64,000 nucleotides of DNA from Candidatus Doudnabacteria bacterium (GCA_037200925.1 JBBCGO010000001.1:888235-952234); one strand, 5' to 3'. Shown: positions 54,956 to 63,880, counted from the stretch's first letter. A program made the numbers and translations. The notes: generated by a model not told the origin, from the sequence alone.

Positions 54956-56839
54956 CTATAATGTGATCTTATAAAGCTTATTGTCGCCCAAAATATACAG
55001 GCTGCGTGAACTTTCATCCACGGCCAGGTCAAAAAGTTTATCCAGAGTCGGCAAATATATCTGGTTTAAGAGTTGTCCGTTCTTATTGAGGATGACAACC
55101 CGCTTTTTGTTTGCTTCCAGAATATAAAGGTTGGATCCGACAAAGATCTTCGTGGCATTGGTGATCGGGTCACTCAGAGCCGGATAGGGGAAAGACTGGG
55201 CCTTATTATTGGTTATCTTCTCAATTTTGTCCGTAAACAGCAGATAAATGTCTTTGTCGGCCCCCAAGTCGCGGATATTTTCCTGGCTTCCCGTACTGAT
55301 ACCGACGCTTGAATACTTATTTTTGGTAAAATTGGTTTTGATAACCTGGCCGGCGGCCGGGTTGAGGGTATATAAATTGCTGCCGAAAGTTGCAAGGCCA
55401 ATGAACGCGCTACTTGGCGTGGTGACAATCGGTTCAAACTGCTTCAGGGTCGGGTCAATATGATAAATGCTGTCGCCCGATGTCACCACTACGCCGGCCG
55501 GATTGAAGTAATTGATGCCGGTAATGTCGGACTTCAGGCTGTTAAGCAAAAAATAATCATTCAGGCTGGAATCATAAAGGGACAATGAATTGGAATCTTT
55601 ATTTGCAAACAAAAAGCCGATACTTGCGCGGGAGACATAGACGGGCGAGTGCTTCAATTCCACAAAAACCTTAGGATCAGCGATCGTACTGACTTTATTG
55701 ACCTGATCTTTAAGCTTCTGAAGTTCCCCTGAAAGTCCGTCGGCTTTGGAAGCGCTGAGCTTCTGCAGGGCGGTGAAATCAGATTCAGCCTGGGCCAGGG
55801 ATTGGAAAGCCTCTTTATCGTTTTTATATATAAGAGCTGACTGCGCATCAGACATATCATTGGCAAGGTTTTGAGCCAGTACATCGATGTTGCTTTGGGA
55901 TTTTTTGCCGTGCGCCTTTATGGCATAAACGCCAAGATTTCCCAGGAACAGCAGCAGGAAGATAGAGAAGCTGATGAAGAAGAATTTTCCCGATGTGCTG
56001 AGGTTTTGAAAAAATCCCAGCTGTAAGCGCGGCATCTTGGGAAGGCTGAATCGCGGCTTTTGTAATTTGGGCAAGGCCGGCATTGCCCAAGAGCTTTTAT
56101 TTTGTTCCTCGTTTTCCTCCTGCATCGGGGCGTAAATAGAGTTTGCCCTTTCTTGGGCAGGCTTAGCTTCCACGGCTGTTTTTTTGCCGAAGCTTAAGAA
56201 GAAAGAAGAAAATCCCTCTTCCGAGCTTTGCGAATCTTGCAGGATCTTTGAAATCTCGTTCGCGGCTTCTCCCAGCGGTTTGTTGGCAAGGATCTTTGAG
56301 AATAGTTCGACCGAAATGAAATTAAATATATTTGAAGTGGTGATGATGACGCCGTCGCCTTCCTTTAATCTTCCTTGGGTGAAGTTCGTGAATGTTTTCA
56401 GGGGATGGATCCCGTGCTTTTCGGATTTAAGTATTTCCAAAAGCTCCGATTTGCGCAAAAGCCAGGCGGATGTCTGGCCGTCATTCGCAATGTAAATATT
56501 CTCGCCGGATTTGAGGGCGATCAGGCAGGAAAATTTGCCAACCCAGGATTTGTGCCCCGAATGGGCCAGATCCGCCAGGTTCTGGTTGACCTGGGCCAAT
56601 GCTGATTCAAACAGCGTTTCTGCTGCCAGTTTTTTATTGGCGTGGAAGGATTCCAGGATAATTTCAGAGATTTTTTTGAGGTCTTGTGCTTCTGATTTGC
56701 GCAGCAGATTTTTCAATTCGGCCAAAACAAACAAATGAGCCGAGTTGCTTATCTCTTCTTCATATAAAATCAAAGAAGATTTTTTACTCTCCGGATCTGT
56801 CAGATAAATTTGATTGATTTCTGTTTCCAGCCGCGCCAT
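54956..56839 (-). CDS. Large bitopic hypothetical protein: cytoplasmic N-domain (possibly PPM-phosphatase-like), one TM, extracytoplasmic beta-rich C-domain.
   Basis: 627 aa with TM 'FFFISFSIFLLLFLGNLGVYAI'. The N-domain call is tentative ('NIYIANDGQTSAWLL', 'GDGVIITTSNIFNFI'). Confidence 0.45.
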   Translation of the reverse strand: MARLETEINQIYLTDPESKKSSLILYEEEISNSAHLFVLAELKNLLRKSEAQDLKKISEIILESFHANKKLAAETLFESALAQVNQNLADLAHSGHKSWVGKFSCLIALKSGENIYIANDGQTSAWLLRKSELLEILKSEKHGIHPLKTFTNFTQGRLKEGDGVIITTSNIFNFISVELFSKILANKPLGEAANEISKILQDSQSSEEGFSSFFLSFGKKTAVEAKPAQERANSIYAPMQEENEEQNKSSWAMPALPKLQKPRFSLPKMPRLQLGFFQNLSTSGKFFFISFSIFLLLFLGNLGVYAIKAHGKKSQSNIDVLAQNLANDMSDAQSALIYKNDKEAFQSLAQAESDFTALQKLSASKADGLSGELQKLKDQVNKVSTIADPKVFVELKHSPVYVSRASIGFLFANKDSNSLSLYDSSLNDYFLLNSLKSDITGINYFNPAGVVVTSGDSIYHIDPTLKQFEPIVTTPSSAFIGLATFGSNLYTLNPAAGQVIKTNFTKNKYSSVGISTGSQENIRDLGADKDIYLLFTDKIEKITNNKAQSFPYPALSDPITNATKIFVGSNLYILEANKKRVVILNKNGQLLNQIYLPTLDKLFDLAVDESSRSLYILGDNKLYKITL

Positions 56840-56898
56840 ATTCGGGTTTTATAATAGCATATTTTAATCATTGAGGCTATTTATGCTATAATATTTGC

Positions 56899-57489
56899 AT
56901 GTTGGCACAGCTTTTATCATCTAAACCTAAAGCGAATCTGATCAATCTGTTTTTGGCGCACCCCCAGCGCAGTTTTTCTTTCAAAGAATTGAAGATGAGC
57001 AGTTTATGCCCGAATAAATTGCTCAAAGAAACTTTGAAAGAGCTGGACAAAATGGACTTTTTGTCCGTGACGCAAAAAAACCGCGTAAAGTATTATCAGA
57101 TGAACCGGCATTTTCCGCTTTATCCGGAGCTTTTAAATCTTTTGCGGAAAGTAAAAAAAGTGCCTGTGGATCTTCTGGCCAAACAAGCCGCAAGGTTGGG
57201 CGATTGCAGGCTGGCAGCCTTGACCGGGGTATTTGTGGGCAGGCCAAGAATTGAGACCGATCTTTTGTTTGTGGGAAAGATCAGCCCGAAAAAACTGCAG
57301 GGCTTTTTGAAATTCGCGGAAAAGCTGGCCGAGCAGCAGGTCAGCTATACCGTATTCAGCGTCCAGGAGTTTGAATACCGCAAACTCATGAACGACAGGT
57401 TTGTCAAGAATATCCTGGAAAATGACCCGGTATTGGCTGTCGATAAAATGAAGCACCGGACTTTATCTAAGATCGTTTATAAATTTTGA
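56899..57489 (+). CDS. Hypothetical protein (possible wHTH regulator-like).
   Basis: 196-aa ORF with no catalytic motifs. Confidence 0.35.
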   Translation: MLAQLLSSKPKANLINLFLAHPQRSFSFKELKMSSLCPNKLLKETLKELDKMDFLSVTQKNRVKYYQMNRHFPLYPELLNLLRKVKKVPVDLLAKQAARLGDCRLAALTGVFVGRPRIETDLLFVGKISPKKLQGFLKFAEKLAEQQVSYTVFSVQEFEYRKLMNDRFVKNILENDPVLAVDKMKHRTLSKIVYKF

Positions 57490-57519
57490 TCTATTAATAA
57501 CTCATAACGATAAAAAAAT

Positions 57520-57756
57520 ATGGAACAAATTTCCTCCATTTATAATCAATTCTTAAGTTTTTTTCCTGCCAATCTCCATGGCCTCGTTTCTTTGGTCCTG
57601 GCTATCCTGATCGTGATAGGCATTTTCAAAGTCATCCGCAAGGATTTCATATATATTATTTTGTTGATCGTCCTGCTGCCGGCCTCGGTGCCGATCCTAA
57701 AGAACATCTGGGAAAGCCTGGTAAATATCTTAAATTTCCTGTTGTCAAAGAAATAG
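57520..57756 (+). CDS. Small membrane protein.
   Basis: 78 aa with two hydrophobic helices. Confidence 0.4.
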   Translation: MEQISSIYNQFLSFFPANLHGLVSLVLAILIVIGIFKVIRKDFIYIILLIVLLPASVPILKNIWESLVNILNFLLSKK

Positions 57757-57762
57757 GATGTT

Positions 57763-57791
57763 TTGACGTTTCAGAAACTATCCAGTATAAT
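57763..57791 (+). promoter_or_regulatory. Consensus sigma-70 promoter (TTGACG-17-TATAAT).
   Basis: TTGACG at 57763-57768 and TATAAT at 57786-57791 with an exact 17-nt spacer. Downstream are the leader hairpin gatccgc-agact-cgcggatc and a 38-codon acidic ORF (57845-57961). Confidence 0.5.
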
Positions 57792-58225
57792 ATTTGCAAT
57801 ATTAAGATCCGCAGACTCGCGGATCAGAAAGTCACATATTCAATATGGATGACGACGGCAAGATGCCACCAGATGACATGCCATCAGATGATACCGCTGA
57901 TAAGAAAAAGGATGATGGCGCGGAAGATACTGGTACAGGCGACGAAAGTGATGTTATATAGCAAGGTATCGGAAGTTTGATCAGCTGCTGACAAAGGTTA
58001 AAGTAAATTTGTGATCAAACTTCGACATTTTATCAAACTGCTAAAATTATCCAGTAGGGGAGTTCGATTATTCCGGGAAACTCGGATCAACTTCCACTAC
58101 TGGATTAGAGGCAGTTTTTTAGTGGATAACCTGATTGTGGAGTAAAATTTAACTAGTTGACCAAGTTTAGCAATTCTGTTGCAATTTAGCCTTATTTGAG
58201 GGCTTTTTTTGTTTGATTAAACTCT

Positions 58226-58297
58226 TTGACGAGTGGTTTAAGGTGGATTATAATGATTAGGAAGTGGTAAGTTGTGGATAAAAGTGGGGAAAAGTGG
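58226..58297 (+). promoter_or_regulatory. mraZ promoter (TTGACG-17-TATAAT) overlapped by an array of six GTGG repeats at 10-bp periodicity (candidate MraZ operator).
   Basis: -35 at 58226-58231 and -10 at 58249-58254. GTGG at 58233, 58243, 58264, 58274, 58284 and 58294. The one slot without GTGG coincides with the -10 box. Confidence 0.6.
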
Positions 58298-58334
58298 AAA
58301 ACTATCTTTGAACCTCAAGGAAACAGGAAAATCA

Positions 58335-58766
58335 ATGTTTATCGGGGAATATACAATCAGCATGGATGCCAAGGGGCGAATCGCAGTTCCTTCAAAATTC
58401 CGCAGCCTTTTGAACACCGCAGCCGTGGTCACTAGGGGATTGGATCAAAGCTTGTTCTTATATCCGCGGAAAGAATGGGAAGTAATTGCGGCCAAGCTGG
58501 CTGCCCTGCCTTTGTCCAAAGCCAATTCCCGGGCATTTTCACGTTTGATGCTGGCCGGGGCATGGGATATTGAGCTCGATAAGCAGGGGCGCATCATGAT
58601 CCCCGAATATTTGCGCAAATTTGCCGGGTTGAGCAAAAAAATTGTTGTGGCGGGTTTATACGACCGGATCGAGCTCTGGGATGAGCAGACTTGGTTGGAA
58701 TATAAGAGAAACACGGAACGGGAAAGTACGAAGATCGCCGAAGAATTGGGGGAGTTGGGAGTTTAA
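58335..58766 (+). CDS. mraZ: Transcriptional regulator MraZ.
   Basis: 'MFIGEYTISMDAKGRIAVPSKFR' and a second 'DKQGRIMIPEYLR' SpoVT/AbrB-like repeat. The ORF-track start at 58272 runs through the operator repeats, so the Met at 58335 is preferred. Confidence 0.8.
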   Translation: MFIGEYTISMDAKGRIAVPSKFRSLLNTAAVVTRGLDQSLFLYPRKEWEVIAAKLAALPLSKANSRAFSRLMLAGAWDIELDKQGRIMIPEYLRKFAGLSKKIVVAGLYDRIELWDEQTWLEYKRNTERESTKIAEELGELGV

Positions 58767-59726
58767 ATGCATGTCCCGGTACTTCTTAAGGAAGTTCTAG
58801 AATATTTAAATGTTCAGAAGGGGAAAAAGTTTGTTGACGGCACAGCCGGGGGAGGGGGGCATATTTTTGCCATCAAACATGCCAATCCGAAAGCAAAAAT
58901 TTTAGGTATTGATTTGGATCAAACCTCTTTGGATAACTTGCAGACTGAAGTTGACCAAAAAGGCTTGGGCCAAACCATCGAGCTGGTCCAGGGAAATTAC
59001 AGGGATATTGATAAGATCCTCAGCGCGGCAAAGTTCGGTTCGGTCGACGGGATATTGGTCGATTTGGGTTTCTCGTCAATGCAGCTGGACCATCCAGACC
59101 GGGGTTTTTCCTTCCAACAGGATAGCCCTTTGGATATGCGATATGACACCAGTTCCAAGTTAACCGCGGCAGATGTGGTTAACCGGTACCACCAAAAAGA
59201 GCTGGAAAAGGTAATTGCCGAGTTTGGAGAGGATCGGTTTTACCGGCGAATTGCCCAGGGTTTGATCGCATCACGCAAGGCCAAGCCGATCGAAACCACA
59301 AGCCAACTGGCCGAGTCCGTAAGAAAGGCTGTTCCGCCTCAGGTCAGATTTAAGGCCAATGACAATATCAGGCGGGTGTTCCAGGCGATCCGGATCGAGG
59401 TCAACCGGGAACTTGAGAATTTGAAGATATTTTTGCCGAAAGCATTAGACTTGCTGACTCCTGCCGGGCGATTGGTAATAATTTCTTTTCATTCACTTGA
59501 AGACCGGATCGTCAAAGAATTTTTTCGGGAACAGGCAAAAGATTGTATTTGCCCGCCGGAGTTCCCGATGTGCGTGTGCGGTAAGGCTTCGAAACTTAGA
59601 ATTTTGACGCGCAAACCGGTAACGGCAACCGAACAGGAACTTGAGGAAAACCCCAAGAGCAAACCGGCGAAGCTTAGGGCCTGCGAAAAAATAGAAAGTG
59701 CGAAAAAAATTAAAACTAAATATTAA
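58767..59726 (+). CDS. rsmH: 16S rRNA (cytosine1402-N4)-methyltransferase RsmH/MraW.
   Basis: 'HVPVLLKEVLEYL', 'DGTAGGGGH', 'GILVDLGFSSMQLD'. Confidence 0.85.
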   Translation: MHVPVLLKEVLEYLNVQKGKKFVDGTAGGGGHIFAIKHANPKAKILGIDLDQTSLDNLQTEVDQKGLGQTIELVQGNYRDIDKILSAAKFGSVDGILVDLGFSSMQLDHPDRGFSFQQDSPLDMRYDTSSKLTAADVVNRYHQKELEKVIAEFGEDRFYRRIAQGLIASRKAKPIETTSQLAESVRKAVPPQVRFKANDNIRRVFQAIRIEVNRELENLKIFLPKALDLLTPAGRLVIISFHSLEDRIVKEFFREQAKDCICPPEFPMCVCGKASKLRILTRKPVTATEQELEENPKSKPAKLRACEKIESAKKIKTKY

Positions 59727-59737
59727 AGGCGGCAAAA

Positions 59738-60073
59738 ATGCGTGATTTAACACTAGCGATTCCCGTGGGATTTACTAAAAAAAGAACTGGGAATTCCGTT
59801 TCCAATAAAATTTTGAATCTGTCTATTTTGGTTGCTACATTGTGTTTCGGATTTATCTACCTGTTTGAGATCAATGCCATGGGGACAAAAGGCTATCAGA
59901 TCCGAAGCCTGGAGCAGCAGGTCAGGCAGGTGCAGGAGGTGCAGAAGAATTTGCAGCTTCAGACCTCCGATCTGCAATCAATCAACAGGATCCAATTGCT
60001 GGCCCAAACTTTAAATTTTGTCCCGACCACCAATGTCACTTATCTTAAAGATTCCGATTTTGCTCTCAAATAA
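59738..60073 (+). CDS. ftsL: FtsL/DivIC-like cell-division protein.
   Basis: Single TM followed by a coiled coil (LEQQVRQVQEVQKNLQLQTSDLQ). Its position between rsmH and the PBP fits the dcw-cluster order. Confidence 0.45.
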   Translation: MRDLTLAIPVGFTKKRTGNSVSNKILNLSILVATLCFGFIYLFEINAMGTKGYQIRSLEQQVRQVQEVQKNLQLQTSDLQSINRIQLLAQTLNFVPTTNVTYLKDSDFALK

Positions 60074-60084
60074 CCGAGCTTTTC

Positions 60085-61830
60085 ATGAATAAGGCTGTGA
60101 AAGCAAATCCACCGCCGTCAAAAAATTCTTATAATCTAAGAATTTTTTTGTTAATGCTGCTGCTGACTTCTTTTATCGGCGTGATCGGCATCAGGCTGTT
60201 TAATCTGCAAATTTTAGACCATAGTTATTACAAGGCTTTGGCATCAAATCAGCATGGACTTGAAACCACTATCGATCCGCAGCGGGGGCAAATTTATCTG
60301 CAGCCAGTAAACCCCGATTCACAGCCGCTGCTGGTGGCGACGAATCTGAGCAAAAATATGGTTTTTGCCATTCCGAAGCAAATTCCCGATAAAGCCGCGG
60401 CTGCAGCAAAACTTGCCCGCTTGCTTGATATGTCCGTAAGCGATTTGCAGGCAAGAATAAGCGGTCCCAGTTATGTGGCGTTAAAAAAGCAATTGACCGA
60501 TGATGTTTCGGCCAAGATCAAGGCCCTCAAAATTCCCGGCATTTATTTGGAAGCCCAGAATATCCGGTTTTATCCGGAAGATAATCTGGCCAGCCAGGTT
60601 TTGGGATTTTTGGGCTTCAAAGGAGACCAGCGGGTCGGCCAATACGGAATTGAGGGAAAGTTTGAAAAAAATTTGGCCGGTGACAAGGGTTCGCTGGGCA
60701 CGGATACTGACCAGACCGGCAGCTGGATCTCTCTATCGGGGCGCAATCTGGTGCCGGCTACCGACGGAGACGACATTTATCTGACGATCGATCCGACCAT
60801 CCAGTATAAGGCTCAGCAGGTTTTAGCCGACACTGTGAAGGCGCATCAAGCCGATGGCGGCAGTGTGGTCATCTTAAATCCCAAAACCGGCGCGGTACTG
60901 GCAATGACTTCGTTCCCTGATTTTGATCCTAATAACTACGGCAACGTGACAGACCCTTCGGCCTTCAGCAATCAAGTACTGACAGAGCCGTATGAACCGG
61001 GATCGGTGTTCAAGGGAATCACCATGGCTGCGGCGATCGACACGGGCAAAGTAACCCCTGATACGACATTTGAAAACACCGGTTCCGTCCAGGTGGACGA
61101 TAAATTGATCAAAAATTCCGATCCTACGCTTTTTTTGGGCACGCAGAATATGATCACGGTTTTGGACGAATCGCTGAACACGGGCGCGTATTTCGCGGAG
61201 CAGCAGATCGGCAACGATGTTTTTAAAAATTATGTTGAAAAAATGGGTTTCGGCAAACCGACGGGTTTTGAGCTGCCGGAAGTGGCCGGCAATCTGAAAA
61301 ATCTTGAGCAAAAAGGCAATGTGTTCTTTGCCACGGCATCATTCGGCCAGGGTATTACAGTTACCCCTCTGGAACTGGCCCAGGCTTATTCCGCACTTGC
61401 CAATGGCGGCAAAATGGCCAAACCATACATTGTGGCAAAGATCGTGCATCCCGACGGGTCCCAGGATGTGACCAAACCCGCTGATCCGGTTGAGGTCATC
61501 AGCCCCAAGACCGCCTCTACGGTTTCAGCCATGCTCGTGGATGTGGTGGAGAACGGCCATGGGAAAAAAGCCGCAGTCAAAGGCTATTACATCGCAGGCA
61601 AGACAGGAACCGCGCAAGTCCCGCTGGTCGGCAAGTCAGGATATGATCCCAATAAAAATATCGGGTCCTTCATCGGATTTGGCCCGGTGGACAACCCGCA
61701 ATTCGTAATGCTGGTGCGCATTGATAATCCGAAAGACGTAAAATTCGCCGAAACCACAGCTGCGCCGGCATTTGGCGAGATAGCCAGTTTTATCCTAAAC
61801 TACCTGCAGATTCCTCCCTCTAGACAATGA
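60085..61830 (+). CDS. ftsI: Penicillin-binding protein (FtsI/PBP2-type transpeptidase).
   Basis: N-terminal TM, SxxK 'SVFK', SxN-like 'KNSD' and KTG 'KTGTAQ' motifs. Confidence 0.8.
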   Translation: MNKAVKANPPPSKNSYNLRIFLLMLLLTSFIGVIGIRLFNLQILDHSYYKALASNQHGLETTIDPQRGQIYLQPVNPDSQPLLVATNLSKNMVFAIPKQIPDKAAAAAKLARLLDMSVSDLQARISGPSYVALKKQLTDDVSAKIKALKIPGIYLEAQNIRFYPEDNLASQVLGFLGFKGDQRVGQYGIEGKFEKNLAGDKGSLGTDTDQTGSWISLSGRNLVPATDGDDIYLTIDPTIQYKAQQVLADTVKAHQADGGSVVILNPKTGAVLAMTSFPDFDPNNYGNVTDPSAFSNQVLTEPYEPGSVFKGITMAAAIDTGKVTPDTTFENTGSVQVDDKLIKNSDPTLFLGTQNMITVLDESLNTGAYFAEQQIGNDVFKNYVEKMGFGKPTGFELPEVAGNLKNLEQKGNVFFATASFGQGITVTPLELAQAYSALANGGKMAKPYIVAKIVHPDGSQDVTKPADPVEVISPKTASTVSAMLVDVVENGHGKKAAVKGYYIAGKTGTAQVPLVGKSGYDPNKNIGSFIGFGPVDNPQFVMLVRIDNPKDVKFAETTAAPAFGEIASFILNYLQIPPSRQ

Positions 61831-63095
61831 AGAAGCTAATTCAGAAAATTCTATACGGTTTGGCAAAACTAACCCTGGCCCGCTATCGGCCCAGGGTTAT
61901 TGCTGTCACCGGAAGCGTGGGGAAAACTTCCACGACAGGAGCTATCGTTAAAGTTTTGGAGACCAAGTTTTCGGTCAGGGGCAGTGCGGGCAATTATAAT
62001 AATGAATTCGGAGTGCCTCTGACTATTATCAATGAAAAATCCGGGGGGAGAAATCTGCTGCTTTGGATATTGATTATCATTAAAGCCGTGCTTAAGTTAA
62101 TCTACGCCGATTACCCGCAAGTGCTGGTCTTGGAATTGGGCGCTGACCGCCCGGGCGATATCGGATACTTAGCCGGTATGCTGGGCAGGATCGAGATCGG
62201 GGTTTTAACTGACATCGGCATAAGCCATCTGGAGTTTTTTTCCAGTCAAAGCGAACTGGCTAAGGAGAAATGGACTTTGATAAAAAAACTGGATCGCAGC
62301 GCCCTGGCTATCCTTAATTTTGACAACCCGAAGATCTTTGAATACAGAACCCAGGCTAAAGCGGATGTTTGGGGTTATGGATTCAATCCTTCTGCCCAGA
62401 TAATGATCTCTGATTTTCAGATCATCCGGGTGAATGACAAGTGGGGAGTGAATTTCAAGATCCATCATAACGGCAATGTCGTGCCTTACTTTTTGCCGGA
62501 CGCTTTGGGCAAACCGCCGGTGTATGCGGCGGCGGCCGCAGTAGGATGTGCTGTCAGATTTGGCATTGATCTGGCCACAGCTTCCGAAATATTAAAATCA
62601 TTTTCACCGCCTCCCGGGCGGCTGCGGATGCTGTCCGGCATCAAGAATACGCTGATCATTGATGATACTTATAATGCGGCTCCTGATTCGACCTTTGCAG
62701 CGCTGGAAGCCTTGAGCCAAATTTCATCCGGGCGCAAGGTTATAGCGTTTGGCGGCATGACAGAGTTGGGAAACAAGACGGAATCAGGACACAGGGAAGT
62801 GGCGGGGAAAATTATGGAAAATAATATCGACCTTGTTTTTCTGGTTGGCGAAAATGCCAGGATAGTTGAGCATGAATTGCGTAAACGCAAGTTTGGCGGC
62901 CAAGTAAAGTGGTTTGAAACCGCAGACCAGGCACGCATCCCGATCCAAGATGAATTACGGGAACAAGATACGATCTTGGTGAAGGGCTCGCAGGCCGGCC
63001 GTATGGAAAAGATCGTAAAAGAGATAATGGATGAGCCTCTTCGGGCAGAAGAATTGCTAGTCCGGCAATCCCAAAAATGGCTGGCCACGCCATAA
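61827..63095 (+). CDS. murF: UDP-MurNAc-tripeptide--D-Ala-D-Ala ligase MurF (Mur ligase family).
   Basis: P-loop 'VIAVTGSVGKTSTTGAI' and 'IIDDTYNAAPDS'. Its start overlaps the ftsI stop. A hydrophobic segment (LLLWILIIIKAVLKLIYA) is unusual for MurF. Confidence 0.7.
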   Translation: MKKLIQKILYGLAKLTLARYRPRVIAVTGSVGKTSTTGAIVKVLETKFSVRGSAGNYNNEFGVPLTIINEKSGGRNLLLWILIIIKAVLKLIYADYPQVLVLELGADRPGDIGYLAGMLGRIEIGVLTDIGISHLEFFSSQSELAKEKWTLIKKLDRSALAILNFDNPKIFEYRTQAKADVWGYGFNPSAQIMISDFQIIRVNDKWGVNFKIHHNGNVVPYFLPDALGKPPVYAAAAAVGCAVRFGIDLATASEILKSFSPPPGRLRMLSGIKNTLIIDDTYNAAPDSTFAALEALSQISSGRKVIAFGGMTELGNKTESGHREVAGKIMENNIDLVFLVGENARIVEHELRKRKFGGQVKWFETADQARIPIQDELREQDTILVKGSQAGRMEKIVKEIMDEPLRAEELLVRQSQKWLATP

Positions 63096-63142
63096 TTATG
63101 GGTTTTAGTTTTAGCCAAAAGTGAGTATAATAGTGTAGTTCC

Positions 63143-63262
63143 CGAAAAATTTGAGTCGCAACCGCCGAAGGCGGTGAGAACAAATTTTTCGAGAGGAGCA
63201 GCAAGTAAACCGTAGCGCTTTTGACGAAGTCAAAACGCGAAGTGTTTACCGGACTGCGACGA
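63143..63262 (+). promoter_or_regulatory. Conserved structured leader element, copy 3 (immediately upstream of tRNA-Glu).
   Basis: cgaaaaatttgagtcgca-[accgcc-gaag-ggcggt]-gagaacaaatttttcgagaggag...[ttttgac-gaa-gtcaaaa]. TATAAT at 63125-63130. It ends 1 nt before the tRNA. Confidence 0.55.
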
Positions 63263-63263
63263 A

Positions 63264-63338
63264 GGCCCTATCGTCTAGTGGTTAGGACAGGTGGTTCTCA
63301 TCCACCAAACCCGGGTTCGACTCCCGGTAGGGTCACCA
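63264..63338 (+). tRNA. tRNA-Glu (anticodon CUC).
   Basis: GGCCCTA...TAGGGTCACCA with anticodon loop TTCTCAT and T-arm CCGGG-TTCGACT-CCCGG. Confidence 0.75.
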
Positions 63339-63367
63339 AATATCATTTATTAAAATTAAAAATCCAA

Positions 63368-63880
63368 ATGATCCTAAATCAACTTCATGATTTCCTCCTG
63401 GCCAGCGTCGGCGCCTCAGCTTCTTTTATCGGTTTGCTGTTTGTGGCTTTAACTTTGGTCATGGAGCGCGGAGACGTCAACAGCACAGTTTCGGCAAGGG
63501 ACCGCGTTTTGGCCGAGAGCGCGTATACGGCGCTGTTGACCATATTTTTTATCTCACTTGTGGGCCTTATTCCGAATGCGGATATCAGCTGGGTCCTCAT
63601 CGTCTTTGGCTTATTGGGTCTTACGCAGTCCTTGCGCATGTTCATCGGCGGAAAAAAACATCACGTTTACATAGGCAATAAATTGATCCTTGTTGCCCTG
63701 ATAATTGTTTATCTGGTTATTGTGATATATGGCGCATATCTGCTCTCAAACACTGAAGCCATGCTCAATCTTGACATATTCTTCACTATAATTTTTATCC
63801 TGTACAGCATAGCACTGGGACGGTCCTGGGCTCTCATTGGCCTAAGAAACAACTCTTCCAATAATAAAAAAGAGCTTTAA
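63368..63880 (+). CDS. Integral membrane protein.
   Basis: The ORF-track start at 63221 runs through the tRNA-Glu gene. The Met at 63368 (MILNQLHDFLL...) precedes four hydrophobic helices. Confidence 0.4.
   Translation: MILNQLHDFLLASVGASASFIGLLFVALTLVMERGDVNSTVSARDRVLAESAYTALLTIFFISLVGLIPNADISWVLIVFGLLGLTQSLRMFIGGKKHHVYIGNKLILVALIIVYLVIVIYGAYLLSNTEAMLNLDIFFTIIFILYSIALGRSWALIGLRNNSSNNKKEL

Noticed and set aside
52092-63262. The three leader-like repeats as a CRISPR array, or the rplJ uORF (ATG at 52156) as a leader peptide.
   Set aside because: The units are 118-124 nt, far apart and not regularly spaced, with no cas genes. The short ORF exists in copy 1 only, since the ATG is not conserved in copies 2 and 3. 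An RNA-level function is therefore more likely.
63221-63367. N-terminal 49 codons of ORF 63221..63880 (…GGSHPPNPGSTPGRV…).
   Set aside because: It reads through tRNA-Glu. The start was moved to the Met at 63368.
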